A stretch of 64,000 nt of DNA from Veleropilina oligotropha (taxonomy: Eukaryota), in NCBI GenBank assembly GCA_048128005.1, contig JBEUKZ010000104.1, positions 62,001-126,000 on the forward strand. The letters run 5' to 3'. Both the position numbers and the translations under genes were made by a program. Under the pieces are notes generated by a model, which was given only the letters and a program-made list of their open reading frames with translations, did not search any database and was not told the origin of the DNA. Positions 14,023-27,623 of this stretch are shown in pieces; the stretch's first letter is position 1; each line of letters begins with the position of its first letter.

Positions 14023-15797
14023 CGGAGGGACAAGTGACCGGAAGTGGTGAAAGTGACCTGAATACTAGTAATTGTCCAATGAGAGTCCGTAAAATGTAGA
14101 TTCAGTGGAAAAACGCAAAACGTGGCTATATAGTCTTTGCTTCGCATGACTGCAAAAAACTACTTTTTAGCGACGTAAATTTTAATTATAAGAAAATCTT
14201 GCAAGAAACGTCACTAAGTTGATTATCCAATATAATTTTGTATATGAATTGATGTAAATTCAAGCAATATTATATTAGATAATACAGAAATCAACAACAA
14301 GAAATTGATATCACCCGAGCGGCGAAACTCCGAGCGGCTCCTTTGATGTCGATTTCAGCTAAAAATGGCACCCTTCGATTTTTTGCTTCACTTCTGAAGA
14401 ATTGACACTTTCTGTTGTAAATTCTTCCACAGGACTCTATGAAACTTCAGATTTCTGATTCCACCACACTCGTATGTATATATATATTCCAAGTTTGCAA
14501 TGTAATCCAAACGCAAGGGAACTTATATAAATTTGTCGAAAGACTAGAGCTTGCTTAACACTTACAAGTGATTAGCACAGCGGAAAACAGAAAACTGGAC
14601 ATTCATGATTCTAGGGCGGGCAAAAATCAGGTCTTGACCTCACGTGACGTGGGCAGTCGCAGGTCACTGAACTTAAGGTTTGATTGACAGGGGAGAGGTC
14701 AGGGTGTGTGCCGTGCTGTGTTCCTTTTCTTACAAATGGTGCAATGCGATTCCACTATTTCCGGATTTAGCAATAGCATAACTATTATGACACTTGTGAA
14801 TACGTAATGGTAAGTTTGTAACTAATCTAAATTGCAATCCAACTAGTTCGCAGATATCACATTGGTGATGAATTGAAATCTCCACATTTTCACTTAAAAA
14901 ACTTTTTGTACAATTGTTATGTGCCGTCGTGGCTCAGTGGGTTGTTTTCGGCATACATGCACATGCATTACAATAATCCAAGGTCACACAATGAACGATC
15001 CTAATTATAATGACCTTTGACCCGATGTTTCATGGAGGCAGACAAAAACACGCGACATGGCATAAAACAACAACAACAAATTTACATAGCATTTATTCTG
15101 AACTTTTCTAAGTTTGTGGCCAATAAATGTTTATTCAGACAGTAAAATTACAATACACCTGTACACTGTATTTTCATATTGTAATTTGCAGGAAAATGAC
15201 ATGCGACCTAAGGCTAATTAGGCTGTCTGTGAATGCGACTGCCAATCAGGAAAAATTCCAAATCCAACAAGAATATTTATGTCAAGATATCATCAATAGT
15301 ATATTTTATACCAACATGCCGAAAAAAATGTCTTGTTGTTAACCGAAAATAACTATTTTGCTATCTTATTAACAGACATATTTTATACATGAATAATAGT
15401 AAACTGTTCTGTGTTTGACAATTTTATTCTAATTATTAAATAAGCGAAATATCTTAATAACAGGTACTGATATCTTATTAAGTGGAATGGTCTGTAATAC
15501 AAATGTGTACCATTTTCGCTTTATTATATATTGTTTGCTATACCGATCAGTTAATATACTGTGGCTCCTAAAATTCAAAAGTGGCGAAAGAAAATTGAAA
15601 GTGGCGAAACTTTTTCAGAACCCAGGCCCATCCCTGTAGGCATATATTTGCCTCGGTCCACCCAGCCGATCTGAATGGGTACCTGGCTGGCAGTTATGTA
15701 AGTCATGGAGCTACCCACGTGTAAATGACTGTAATGCTCCCAGAGGGAGTTGAGAGGGTATATCGAGTGGAACAGCCCATAACCAGGGGTAATAAAT

Positions 15798-16502
15798 AAC
15801 TAGATGTTGTTATTGTCCACAATAACAGAAATATCTCACCTGCTTGAAATTCTATATTTACCAACAGGTCATGTGACCTTTGACCTCAAATGCAATTATA
15901 AGCATCCTTTCTTCATATGCAATCTGCCTGCTAAATATGAAACGTTATTTACTGTCTGGATAACAAACCACAATCAATTTTCTGAAAAATTCTATTTTTA
16001 TCAACAGGTCACGTGACCTTTGACCGATAGACTTCAAATGCAATCCCAAGGATCCTATCCTGATACGCAACCTGCCTGGTAAATATGAGCATGTTCACTA
16101 AATATGAACAGTAGTTATCGTCCGGAATGCAAATCGCAATCAAAAATTTTGAAAATTCTATTATTAATTAGCCACATGTTACATGTGACCTTTGAATGAT
16201 TGTCCTCAAAATGCAATCCCAAGCATGCTGTCCTCATGAGCGAGCTGTGTGCCAAATATGGGCATGAGCACACAATATGAAGAGTAGTTATTGTCTGGAA
16301 ACCAAATCGGAGCCAAAATTATATTTTTAGTCGCAGAACACGTGACCTTTGTCGTACCGACCAGAAAAGCAATCCGAAGCGACCTCTCCTTATAAACAAC
16401 CTGTGTACCAAATATGAGCAAAATCTCTGAAAGGAAACAGTAGTTATCATCCGGAAACCAAAGCGTGACAGATAGACATACAAATGGCACAAAAACAATA
16501 TG
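15798..16502. repeat. Degenerate HINE-like element with GTGACCTTTGACC-containing tandem units
   Basis: AACTAGATG start with a short hairpin, 3-4 diverged units sharing CATGTGACCTTTGAC and AAATGCAATCCC, and a GACAGATAGACA end. Confidence 0.5.
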
Positions 16503-16856
16503 TAATACTGTACTCTATAAGACCGTTAAATTATTATAATTATTGTTAATAAATTATCACCATATATTTGGTTGAGTACTACAGTTTTAATTTAGTATCA
16601 ATTGAATTGAATTATTTTGGAGGCGTGTAATTTTAACACTACCCACTTTCATGTTTCACAACAAACATTTTCGTTTTTGGAAAGCTTTGTACTCATTTCG
16701 TATATGAAACTCTACGCCTTATGCATGCACCCCATGGTTCTCACATAGTTTAGTAGGACATCTATATTTCCCCAGATTCAATATTTATAATCAATCTTTT
16801 TAAATCAACCATTCACCAGTAACTTTAGGATATGAGGGAAATGGGTACAACCATAC

Positions 16857-17001
16857 CTGGAACTACAGCGACTTCCAGGTTCGTTATTTCTGTAGGATTG
16901 GAATTGTCACTCGATGTCTGACGCTTCTTTTTTTTCTTTTGTGCACGGGTCGCTTTTTGCGGGAGTCCTCCTATCTCCTTCCCAAGCAACTCTTCCACAT
17001 C
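16857..17001 (-). CDS. Predicted TRIM gene exon 6 (DVEELLGKE...KKKKKRQ...LEVAVVP)
   Basis: Acceptor TTCCTTTTTAG, donor CCAG|GTATGG, 145 nt and open. Phase 0 start matches the preceding exon. Contains a basic NLS-like stretch. Confidence 0.6.
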
Positions 17002-17750
17002 CTAAAAAGGAATTCAAATCAGTCTCACAGATATTCAAGAAGGAACAAATGTATGTGGATCAGCAAATGGCTACTTTGGAGTCCGAGTGTTTGTTATATG
17101 ACAACGATTAACACTTTTTCGATATATGTAGTCGGATCCTCGTTTTACCGAAACGTCTCAGTTCGTAGAATCCATCATGGGTAACATATTTTCAAGATAT
17201 CCTTTCCATGCTATAAAACGTAATTTCCATTTTTAAAATTTACATTTTAAGTAAGAAACCTACGACAGAAAGCAATCTTCCAAGTCCCGATTGGAAATAC
17301 ACGAAAACAACCTTGACCTTTGGCCTAATCTTTGAACTTAGGCAAGGCCTGATGGTATACAAGGTGTATACCAAATATGAAAAGCATAGGTCCAGCAGTT
17401 CGTCTTCTATGTGACAGAAAGCGATCAACGGACACTCGTCCACAACTATAGCCCTGCCTAGCAGGCGGGCCAAAATGCTCTGAATTTGATTGAAGAATAC
17501 AAAATGTTGATAAATTTTATCGACAGTTCTCAGGTTTGTTACGAATCCGACATAAATGCAAAAATATTTTTGTTAACAAATGTTTTCCAGATGTATTTTA
17601 AAAGACTACAATGTCATAAATGAAGATTGATAAATACTACATGCAATATAATTAATTTGTTGAACGAAGTTAAATTTAAGTTAATTGTGATATTTCCCTT
17701 CCCTACCTATTGATACTTATTGCAGTGCAGTGCAGCATACCAGACCTTAC

Positions 17751-17815
17751 CTTTTCCACACTAGCATCTGGCATGAGTACGACCTCTGGGTCATATTGTT
17801 GATTGCCTTCTTGGT
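17751..17815 (-). CDS. Predicted TRIM gene exon 5 (DQEGNQQYDPEVVLMPDASVEK)
   Basis: Acceptor CTTATCTCCAG, donor AAG|GTAAGG, 65 nt, phase 1 to 0, consistent with both neighbouring exons. Confidence 0.65.
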
Positions 17816-18547
17816 CTGGAGATAAGATACATCGATAATTAGAGCAGTATTCAACAAGATTTGATTTGTTTATTATTATATGCAAATATATCCTTAAAAA
17901 CACACATTTTCCACTATAGGGACAATTGTCCTCAGCCTACATTATTAACTACATCTAGGTTGCCATAGAATTAAAAAAAAACCAATTGATTAAGGCCTGC
18001 TGTATCTACCAAGGCATCAATCCACCCATTATAAATGATTTCAATTAAGTCTGTCGATCTTGAGATATCCCGTATGGTGCCTCCCGTGACTTTGAAAATC
18101 ATGTCATCATAATCAAATGAGGTTGGCGGCATCTCATAAGACGTATCCACCACATGTAAAAGAAATCGGTCGATTCATTCCCCAACTTCCTGTCATGACG
18201 TCATTGACATGTGCATAAATCATGGTATGATGTCACTTCCTGAGGCCAAGTTTTCAATTTTTTGTAGATGGGGTACCCCCCCAGAGGATAATATGACAGT
18301 CTGATTGAGAAATAGGGAAATGGCTATTTCATTACAATAGGGGGTGGTAGGTGGGTGGCTGTCTTAGGTAACCCTCTGGGGATATCCTTATACGGTACTT
18401 GTTAGAGCCTGCAAACATGGGAGACCACGGGTCAACCCCCATGAGGGTAACCTAACCATGAGAACCCACAACCTTGGGGACTCCCCAGCAGGGCATCCCC
18501 TAACTGTGAGAATCCCCCATCCGATATCGTTCCCAATCTGCGAGAAC

Positions 18548-18929
18548 CAAGGGATGGTATCGTAGGGTAACCTAACCTGGGATAATGTGTCTATTTCCAC
18601 GCACATACTACAAGGGATGGTACCGTAGGGTAACCTAACCTGGGATAATGTCTCTATTTCCACGCACATAATACAAGGGATGGTATCGTAGGGTAACCTA
18701 ACCTGTGATAATGTCTCTATTTCCACGCACATAATACAAGGGATGGTATCGTAGGGTAACCTAACCTGGGATAATGTCTCTATTTCCACGCACATAATAC
18801 AAGGGATGGTATCGTAGGGTAACCTAACCTGGGATAATGTCTCTATTTCCACGCACATAATACAAGGAATGGTATCGTAGGGTAACCTAACCTGGGATAA
18901 TGTGTCTATTTCCACGCACATAATACAAG
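18548..18929. repeat. 63-bp minisatellite, ~6 copies
   Basis: Unit GGGATGGTATCGTAGGGTAACCTAACCTGGGATAATGTCTCTATTTCCACGCACATAATACAA; 21-aa periodicity in ORF 18388-18921. Confidence 0.95.
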
Positions 18930-19022
18930 CATCAAGTCAATAGTCAACTTCAGATTTTGGATGATTGTGAATAAATATCGAAAAAAGGTAATTATATGAA
19001 TGAGTTATGAAGGAAAATGAGC

Positions 19023-20223
19023 ACAACCATACCCGGAGCTACACCGTCTTACAACCATACCCGGAGCTACACCGTCTTACAACCATACCCGGAGCTACAC
19101 CGTCTTACAACCATACCCAGAGCTACACCATCTTACAACCATACCCAGAGCTACACCGTCTTACAACCATACCCAGAGCTACACCGTCTTACAACCATAC
19201 CCAGAGCTACACCGTCTTACAACCATACCCGGAGCTACACCATCTTACAACCATACCCGGAGCTACACCGTCTTACAACCATACCCGGAGCTACACCGTG
19301 TTACAACCATACCCGCAGCTACACCGTCTTACAACCATACCCGGAGCTACACCATCTTACAACCATACCCAGAGCTACACCGTCTTAAAACCGTACCCGG
19401 AGCTACACCGTCTTACAACCATACCCGGAGCTACACCGTGTTACAACCATACCCGCAGCTACACCGTCTTACAACCATACCCGGAGCTACACCATCTTAC
19501 AACCATACCCAGAGCTACACCGTCTTAAAACCGTACCCGGAGCTACACCGTCTTACAACCGTACCCGGAGCTACACCGTCTTACAACCGTTCCCGGAGCT
19601 ACACCGTCTTACAACCATACCCGGAGCTACACCGTCTTACAACCATACCCAGAGCTAAACCGTCTTACAACCGTACCCGGAGCTACACCGTCTTACAACC
19701 GTACCCGGAGCTACAGTCTTACAACCATACCCGGAGCTACACCGTCTTACAACCGTACCCGGAGCTACACCATCTTACAACCATACCCGGAGCTACACCG
19801 TCTTACAACCGTACCCGGAGCTACACCATCTTACAACCATACCCGGAGCTACACCGTCTTACAACCGTACCCCGAGCTACACAGTCTTACAACCATACCC
19901 GGAGCTACACCGTCTTACAACCATACCCGGAGCTACACCGTCTTACAACCATACCCAGAGCTAAACCGTCTTACAACCATACCCGGAGCTACACCGTCTT
20001 ACAACCGTACCCGGAGCTACACCGTCTTACAACCGTACCCAGAGCTACACCGTCTTACAACCGTACCCGGAGCTACACCATCTTACAACCATACCCGGAG
20101 CTACACCGTCTTACAACCGTACCCCGAGCTACACAGTCTTACAACCATACCCGGAGCTACACCGTCTTACAACCATACCCGGAGCTACACCGTCTTACAA
20201 CCATACCCGGAGCTACACCGTCT
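19023..20223. repeat. 28-bp minisatellite, ~43 copies
   Basis: Unit ACAACCATACCCGGAGCTACACCGTCTT with minor variants; 28-aa periodicity in the translated frames. Confidence 0.97.
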
Positions 20224-20328
20224 TCGAGGGTCTGTATTTCTGCAAGAATGGCTTGGTTGCTCAATGTCATGCTATTAATCCTGTCGAACATCTCGTGAAC
20301 ATCACTGAACTCATCTTTCAATGGTGAT
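20207..20328 (-). CDS. Predicted TRIM gene exon 4 (SPLKDEFSDVHEMFDRINSMTLSNQAILAEIQTLEDGVAP)
   Basis: Acceptor TGTGTTTTGTAG, donor CCGG|GTATGG, 122 nt, phase 2 to 1; helical-looking sequence. Confidence 0.65.
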
Positions 20329-21805
20329 CTACAAAACACAATACCACAGTATAGCATTCTCTATCAGCATTGTTCTGCCAGCATACACATTACAGTATTT
20401 GCTTTCCGTGTCTCTGGTAAATTTCATCGAGTCTCCACCTGGTTTCTACACCAATACACTGTACTGACATATTATATTATCAATGAAATTCCAATTGACC
20501 AAAAATCAGTCACTTGGTCTTAACCACGATGATTATTATAAAAGCCCCGTGCCCGAGCGTGTGATGGGAGTGCTCCCCTCCCCCAGCCTGCTTGCACTGC
20601 ATCTGAGGTTGGTTTTCAGTTCTTGATGTGGAGTTAACAACTAGAGTATGGTCAAATATGGTATTATGTTAGTGGAGTACCCAAGAACCACCCCCAGTGT
20701 ACCAAAAAGTGTATCAATAGTGTCATCTTCCTAGCACATCCTAGTAAATAAACGAAAATATGCATTTTATTTTATGTGTAAATAACAATAATTCATGCTA
20801 AGATTGTCACAAAACATTTTCAACAAATGTTTCAAATATTTAATCTACATAACAGATGCAGTGATCCAGTTGTGCTTGCCAGCATAATTTCAAAACACTG
20901 CATGTGGTTCGCCTTGTTGGTTTTTTATACTGTGCTCAATTTTTCAGCATTTCTGAGGAAGAAATACTCTCGATCCGAAATTGAAGACTTACTGAGAGAA
21001 TCTTTTATATAAATACGCAATTGCTGTTTCCTGAAGCCAGATTTTCTCTGCCGCCGTGCGACCGGGCTTGGCAACTGTAGTGTCAAATTAATGAGTGTGC
21101 CGAAAGGAAGATATCAAGAACTTCAGATTTTACATTTTTCGTCTTATTCGCCCAGAACATGAGGGGGCGCATATTTACTATGAGCAACGATCAGACGTCG
21201 CGCATGATGCCATTAAGGGTGGGTAGGTATGTATGGTGTCCGCCGTCCGGTTTGTGCCATATGATCAACACGAACAGAAGCAAGTATTTCATCGTGCGGA
21301 GCATGGGTTAAAAGCTAACATATAGACACACACATACACAAATGAAACTCGCACACTGAACAGGCGTCACGTTCGCTGTGGACATAACTACTCGAATATG
21401 TTCCTGGCATAATTGTGTAAAGATCTATAAACTTACCCACGTAAAATATTTTGACATTCCTACAGAAAGAAACAGAATATTGGAATGAATAACATGCAAA
21501 CACTTGTACCTCTTGGTTGGATTACTCACACCAGAGGATTAACAAATAACAACAATTATTATGATATTACATGTACAAACATTTTCTGACCATGGTCATG
21601 CATCCGTTTTCCGATTACATGTATGTACAATGACTACCATATTTCCTTGAATAAACGCCCGAGCATTTCTTTTTTCACGAGGCTCTCAATGGAGGCGATT
21701 ATTCGTGGCTGCCGAATAATCAAAGCAGGCGTTTCTTTTTTCAGACATCACTTCAGGAAATATATTCAAGCCATTATTCATGGAAACAATTCACCAAAAA
21801 TGACC

Positions 21806-22500
21806 ACAGACGTCTGAAACAAGCTGAATGAACTAGTATTATGTACACCATGCAGTTTACCTAAGCTGAATGAACTAGTATTATGTACACCATGCAGTTT
21901 ACCTAAGCTGAATGAACTAGTATTATGTACACCATGCCCACAGACATCTGAATGAACTAGTATTATGTGCACCATGCCCACAGACATCTGAATGAACTAG
22001 TATTATGTGCACCATGCCCACAGACATCTGAATGAACTAGTATTATGTGCACCATGCCCACAGACATCTGAATGAACTAGTATTATGTGCACCATGCCCA
22101 CAGACATCTGAATGAACTAGTATTATGTGCACCATGCCCACAGACATCTGAATGAACTAGTATTATGTGCACCATGCCCACAGACATCTGAATGAACTAG
22201 TATTATGTGCACCATGCCCACAGACGTCTGAATGAACTAGTATTATGTGCACCATGACCACAGACATCTGAATGAACTAGTATTATGTGCACCATGCCCA
22301 CAGACATCTGAATGAACTAGTATTATGTGCACCATGCCCACAGACATCTCAATGAACTAGTATTATGTGCACCATGCCCACAGACATCTGAATGAGCTAG
22401 TATTATGTACACCATGACCACAGACATCTGAATGAACTAGTATTATGTACACCATGACCACAGACATCTGAAATAACTAGTATTATGTACACCATGCAGT
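21806..22500. repeat. 40-bp minisatellite, ~17 copies
   Basis: Unit CACAGACATCTGAATGAACTAGTATTATGTGCACCATGCC. Confidence 0.95.
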
Positions 22501-22504
22501 TTAC

Positions 22505-22515
22505 CTCTTGCAATA
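22505..22515 (-). CDS. Predicted 11-nt micro-exon 3 of the TRIM gene (TAT TGC AAG AG)
   Basis: TTTAATTTATCAG|TATTGCAAGAG|GTAAAC supplies exactly the phase 0 to 2 shift needed between 23419 and 20328. Confidence 0.5.
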
Positions 22516-23418
22516 CTGATAAATTAAATTTGACAGTCTATACGAATAGTGAGAAATTACTTCTTCTAAATATGCTATTTTTGAAAAGATGCCCATTCAT
22601 TGTAGGCATTTATATTTTTCACAATGATCTCGTGGGAGGCGACTATATACATTTGAGGCAGGCGTTTCTTCAAGGAAATAAGGTACTTAAATTTGCGAGT
22701 AACGAAATTCAATTTGCATTTCTTCAATACAGAATGGAACTCCGACCAGGGACAATGCAAAACCATTTGAGGGGGTGTGACCAGGGTCAGCAACTCATCT
22801 ATGGACTAGAATAAGAGTTATTTATCGACTTTAGCTGAAAGAAGGAGATGTGATATACCATTGAGAGCAGATCTACAGATTCAAACAGGTGGATGGAGAG
22901 GTTGACACTGTGACCGGACCGTGGACATACGAGCAACGATATAATTAGCTACCCTTGCGAGTTCGTGTGGCTACGAAGAGTCATGATTCATTGTCTCTGA
23001 CATGATTAGATCTGCATAGTCTGATGGCATATGGAAACGACAGGGTTCGAGAGACGCATATTAACATGAATGCTGTGGGGTGCTGGAGGTGAATGCATAA
23101 TGGGAGTTGCGTGTTCCATTATTGTACGCATTAGGGGTTCTGCAAGTTCTGACGGTTGATATGGCTAATGAGTGTATCGAGTTTCTGCATATGCAAGTAT
23201 GGAAACTAATGAATCAACAACTTAAGACTATTTATGGTTTCCCTTACACATGCAATGGTTATATTCTCGTCATCACATATTGTTGCTCGAAAATATCGCA
23301 TTAATACAACACAATTTTTATGTTCAAACAACAAGTGCTCATGTAAATAAAATGTGTTTGACCACATGTACATGTACTTTACGATACCAGTCCGATATCT
23401 TAATGTTTGTTAACTTAC

Positions 23419-23607
23419 TAGGATGAAGGACATCGTGTCTTCGCGCCCTTGAAGCTCTCTGTATGCAGACATAGCTGGCAACAGGTTATCAATCCCGGCT
23501 TGTGCTTCCTTGACCTCGACATTGTGTATCATTAATACATCCTCTTTTTTTCTTGCCAATTCCATCTCGATTTCTTCAAACATACTTTCCAGCAACACTT
23601 TTTTTTC
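23419..23607 (-). CDS. Predicted TRIM coiled-coil exon 2 (EKKVLLESMFEEIEMELARKKEDVL...DTMSFIL)
   Basis: Acceptor GTATTCAG, donor CTA|GTAAGT, 189 nt, phase 0-0; typical TRIM coiled-coil composition. Confidence 0.75.
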
Positions 23608-23848
23608 CTGAATACATATATTATGCAATTTCGATTACAGCAGACAGTATTTCTAAAAGCCTCCACACACCAACGCAGCGCAACGAAGTGCGCGAGAACC
23701 CCCAAAACGATCACGTTGATTTATGGTGATCAACTTTAATTAACGCAGCTCATGAGCAGCAACAATTTCGAATTTCGACAAGCGATTTTTTTCTGCTTGC
23801 TGCCTCGATGCGCCAGGGAATTCCATTTGCATGTTGTCAAATGGTACG

Positions 23849-26800
23849 GGGTCATTCCATATCAGATCAACAAATGCCCCACGCTCTTCGGTCTCCGATT
23901 TTTATGAAATGTTTACCAAATGTTCTATGGCCATATTAATGGGACAATCCAAAGTTTGAGCGCTGTGGTCCAAGTACTTTTTGAGATATGGTCATTTTAC
24001 TATGCATGGTATGCATCACATTTTGCCCGAAAATTGCGACCGTCTAATTTTGGGCTATTTTCAGAACCTTGTATCTTTGCAAATACATTACATAAGGCAA
24101 TAAAATTTTCTGTGGTGGTAAACAATGATATATAGACTTGATATAAATCAAATTAGCAATCATTAGTGATAATATAAATTGCCCAGATGCATTTGAAATC
24201 TCCAAAATATGTCTTTTAATTTTGCGAGCAGCCATGTTTAAGGATCTAAACGAGATACTTTTACTTGATATAGACCCCCAATTTTTTTACACTTAAAGCT
24301 GGTCATATTGGCTATGTAATTCATGATTATTAGGACTCTATATGTTCATTAGCTATCACATGACACCCTCCTAAAGTCAGGAAAAATCACTTTGTAGCAC
24401 ATTTTCAACAGACCAAAACCTCATGTGGGCATATTGCAAACAACTTCAACTAAGCTTTATTTAGAAGGTATGTACAAGAAGTTTACAAGTCCAAAGTTTC
24501 ATATCCTTTATGAAATTCTTTCATGGTGAAATGTGGCTTTTAATATTGACTGTTTTGGTGACTCGCGAGTATAGTTTACATATCAGTACATGAACATGAC
24601 CAGCCTGGATTATTACCTTTTATGCTACTTTTGATAAGGTTTCAATATCCTCCATCTCCAAATAGTATTGCCTTCCATTTGGAGTGTTAGGAGTGTTCAC
24701 CAGACAGAGAATACACTGCAGTGGTACCCAACACATGTCCTCCCTCGCAGGCCACTTAAATGACCTTGCCGGGCCATAAGGGTGCATGAATGAGATCTGG
24801 ACATCATCTTCTACATCAGACTTGTCTCGTATATGGCCAATCCACCACTTCCCATCATACTTACAACCAACAAATTTGCCAATTTCACAGTCTCTCAATA
24901 TCACAGCTGTGGGCACGGGAGCTGGAGTTTCTATATCCGATTCATCATCTGTTGCTGGCATATCGCTTTGAAGTTGAGCTTTGAGTATATTAACTTCAAT
25001 TGATTCGTTATCACCAGATATCCTCTTGACTAATAGGTTACGCCCTGTGGTTGTTGGAATATAACAGTGATGACTCAGTGTCCCTGGCACAGACTTTGCA
25101 TTGGAAAATCGTTGCTGCTGCTCATCCATGTGGGCAGTTATTTCTTCTTTGCTGATGAAGAAGAATTTCACATTCAGAATGTGTGCTTGACTCCACTCAT
25201 AAAGATCCCTAGGAGTTAGAATGTGACCTGTTAGTGTAGCCTGTAGACCTGCTTCTCGCTTTACTGTGCCCCCTAACTCCATCACAGGCATTTTGTCCAT
25301 GGCTTGTGGCAAAGAAATGCCACTCTGCGTGCATACCAAAATCATCGCTAGCTTGTGTGTCATTAGTGACCACTTACACCATGACACAATTACAGTTCAC
25401 AGATTTATGAATGATGTGTTGGATCATTTGAAACAAGTTATCTGCCCAGATGTAACAAACGTTTACTACTTTTCAGATGGAGCAGCATCACAATACAAAA
25501 ATTATAAGAACTTCTCTAATCTTGTCTATCATGAGGATGATTTTGGTATGTGTGCAGAGTGGCATTTCTTTGCCACAAGCCATGGAAAAAATGCCTGTGA
25601 TAGAGTATAGGGCACAGTAAAGCGAGAAGCAGCGAAGGCCAGTCTACAGGCTACACTAACAGGTCACATTCTAACTCCTAGGGATCTTTATGAGTGGAGT
25701 CAAGCACACATTCTGAATGTGAAATTCTTCTTCATCAGCAAAGAAGAAATAACTGCCCACATGGATGAGCAGCAGCAACGATTTTCCAATGCAAAGTCTG
25801 TGCCAGGGACACGGAGTCATCACTGTTATATTCCAACAACCACAGGGCGTAACCTATTGGTCAAGAGGATATCTGGTGATAACGAATCAATTGAAGTTAA
25901 TATACTCAAAGCTCAATTTCAAAGCGATATGCCAGCAACAGATGATGAATCCGATATAGAAACTCCAGCTCCCGTGCCCACAGCTGTGACATTGAGAGAC
26001 TGCGAAATTGGAAAATTTGTTGGTTGTAAGTATGATGGGAAGTGGTGGATTGGCCATATACGAGACAAGTCTGATGTAGAAGATGATGTCCAGATCTCAT
26101 TCATGCACCCTTATGGCCCGGCAAGGTCATTTAAGCGGCCTGCGAGGGAAGACATGTGTTGGGTACCACTGCAGTGTATTCTCTGTCTGGTGAACACTCC
26201 TAACACTCCAAATGGAAGGCAATACTATTTGGAGATGGAGGATATTGAAACCTTATCAAAAGTAGCATAAAAGGTAATAATCCAGGCTGGTCATGTTCAT
26301 GTACTGATATGTAAACTACACTCGCGAGTCACCAAAACAGTCAATATTAAAAGCCACATTTCACCATGAAAGAATTTCATAAAGGATATGAAACTTTGGA
26401 CTTGTAAACTTCTTGTACATACCTTCAAAATAAAGCTTAGTTGAAGTTGTTTGCAATATGCCCACATGAGGTTTTGGTCTGTTGAAAATGTGCTACAAAG
26501 TGATTTTTCCTGACTTTAGGAGGGTGTCATGTGATAGCTAATGAACATATAGAGTCCTAATAATCATGAATTACATAGCCAATATGACCAGCTTTAAGTG
26601 TAAAAAAATTGGGGGTCTATATAAAGTACAAGTATCTCGTTTAGATCCTTAAACATGGCTGCTCGCAAAATTAAAAGACATATTTTGGAGATTTCAAATG
26701 CATCTGGGCAATTTATATTATCACTAATGATTGCTAATTTGATTTATATCAAGTCTATATATCATTGTTTACCACCACTGAAAATTTTGTTGCCTTATGT

Positions 26801-27050
26801 ACAGTATTTGCAAAGATACGGGGTTCTGCAAATTGCCCAAAATTTGACGGTCGCAATTTTCGGGCAAAATGTGACGCATACCATGCACAGTAAAATGACC
26901 ATATCTCAAAAAGTACTTGGACCACAGCGCTCAAACTTTGGATTGTCACATTAATATGGCCATAGAACATTTGGTAAAATTTTTATAAAAATCGGAGACC
27001 GAAGAGCGTGGGACTCCTGAAATATTGGGTGTTTTGATATGGAATGACCC
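23849..27050. mobile_element. Sola2-like DNA transposon derivative forming a 3.2 kb foldback
   Basis: GGGTCATTCCATATCA termini and a 4-bp TSD TACG (23845-23848, 27051-27054). Transposase motifs FSDGAASQYKN and FFATSHGKNACD. Arms 23849-25346 and 25536-27050 are inverted copies. The superfamily call rests on remembered motif and TSD characteristics. Confidence 0.8.
25347..26270 (+). pseudogene. 5'-truncated DDE transposase (Sola2-like) with an in-frame stop; C-terminal half duplicated in inverse at 24620-25346
   Basis: ORFs 25266-25610 and 25719-26270 are in frame across a TAG at 25608-25610; mirror ORF at 24620-25387. Confidence 0.8.
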
Positions 27051-27374
27051 TACGTTCAACAAGAGAAAGAATATCATCGAATTTATCTTTGGACATGCTT
27101 GCAATGTGTACATATCCATATTATGTCCAGGTTTTGATGCCATTTGCTTCTCATATACACATACATATTAAAGTAACAAAATTTACTTCTTTTTCACGAC
27201 CCAAAATTTTTCCTTAATTGTACTTATAAAAACTTATACATGTATACACCCTGAAGCATAAATTAATAGATGATGATGAATTGATGTTTAATGCCAACGC
27301 CAACAGTATTTCAGATACAAATCAATTGAATCAACTTTGAATGATGGAATGAAGTGGTGCTATATGCAATGGAG

Positions 27375-27623
27375 GGGGAAGAAATGATGCTTAATATCCT
27401 GTATATTTACAACATCTAGGTTCAAGGCAGGACATGTCCGTGTTATCGCGGGAGGAAACCCCGGTCGCCCGGGTAAACCCGCCCTCTTCGGCCAGTAGCG
27501 GACAACTGTGATTCATATCTTGAACAAATGTCAATGCCTCAGCCAGGTATTGAACCCATTACTGTTTGCATTAGCGGAATCAAGCCAGCGAATTTAGAGT
27601 GGACTGCGCTGCCGAAGCGGCCG
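27375..27623 (-). mobile_element. tRNA-derived SINE (same family as 4912-5171)
   Basis: 12-bp TSD TATGCAATGGAG (27363-27374, 27624-27635); high identity to the other copies. Confidence 0.85.

Noticed and set aside
18388..18921. 177-aa repeat protein
   Set aside because: Translation of the 63-bp intronic minisatellite, with no supporting splice or start context.
19007..20298. Long repetitive ORFs and CRISPR-like periodicity
   Set aside because: Head-to-tail 28-bp units with no unique spacers and no cas genes; the ORFs are by-products of a stop-free unit.
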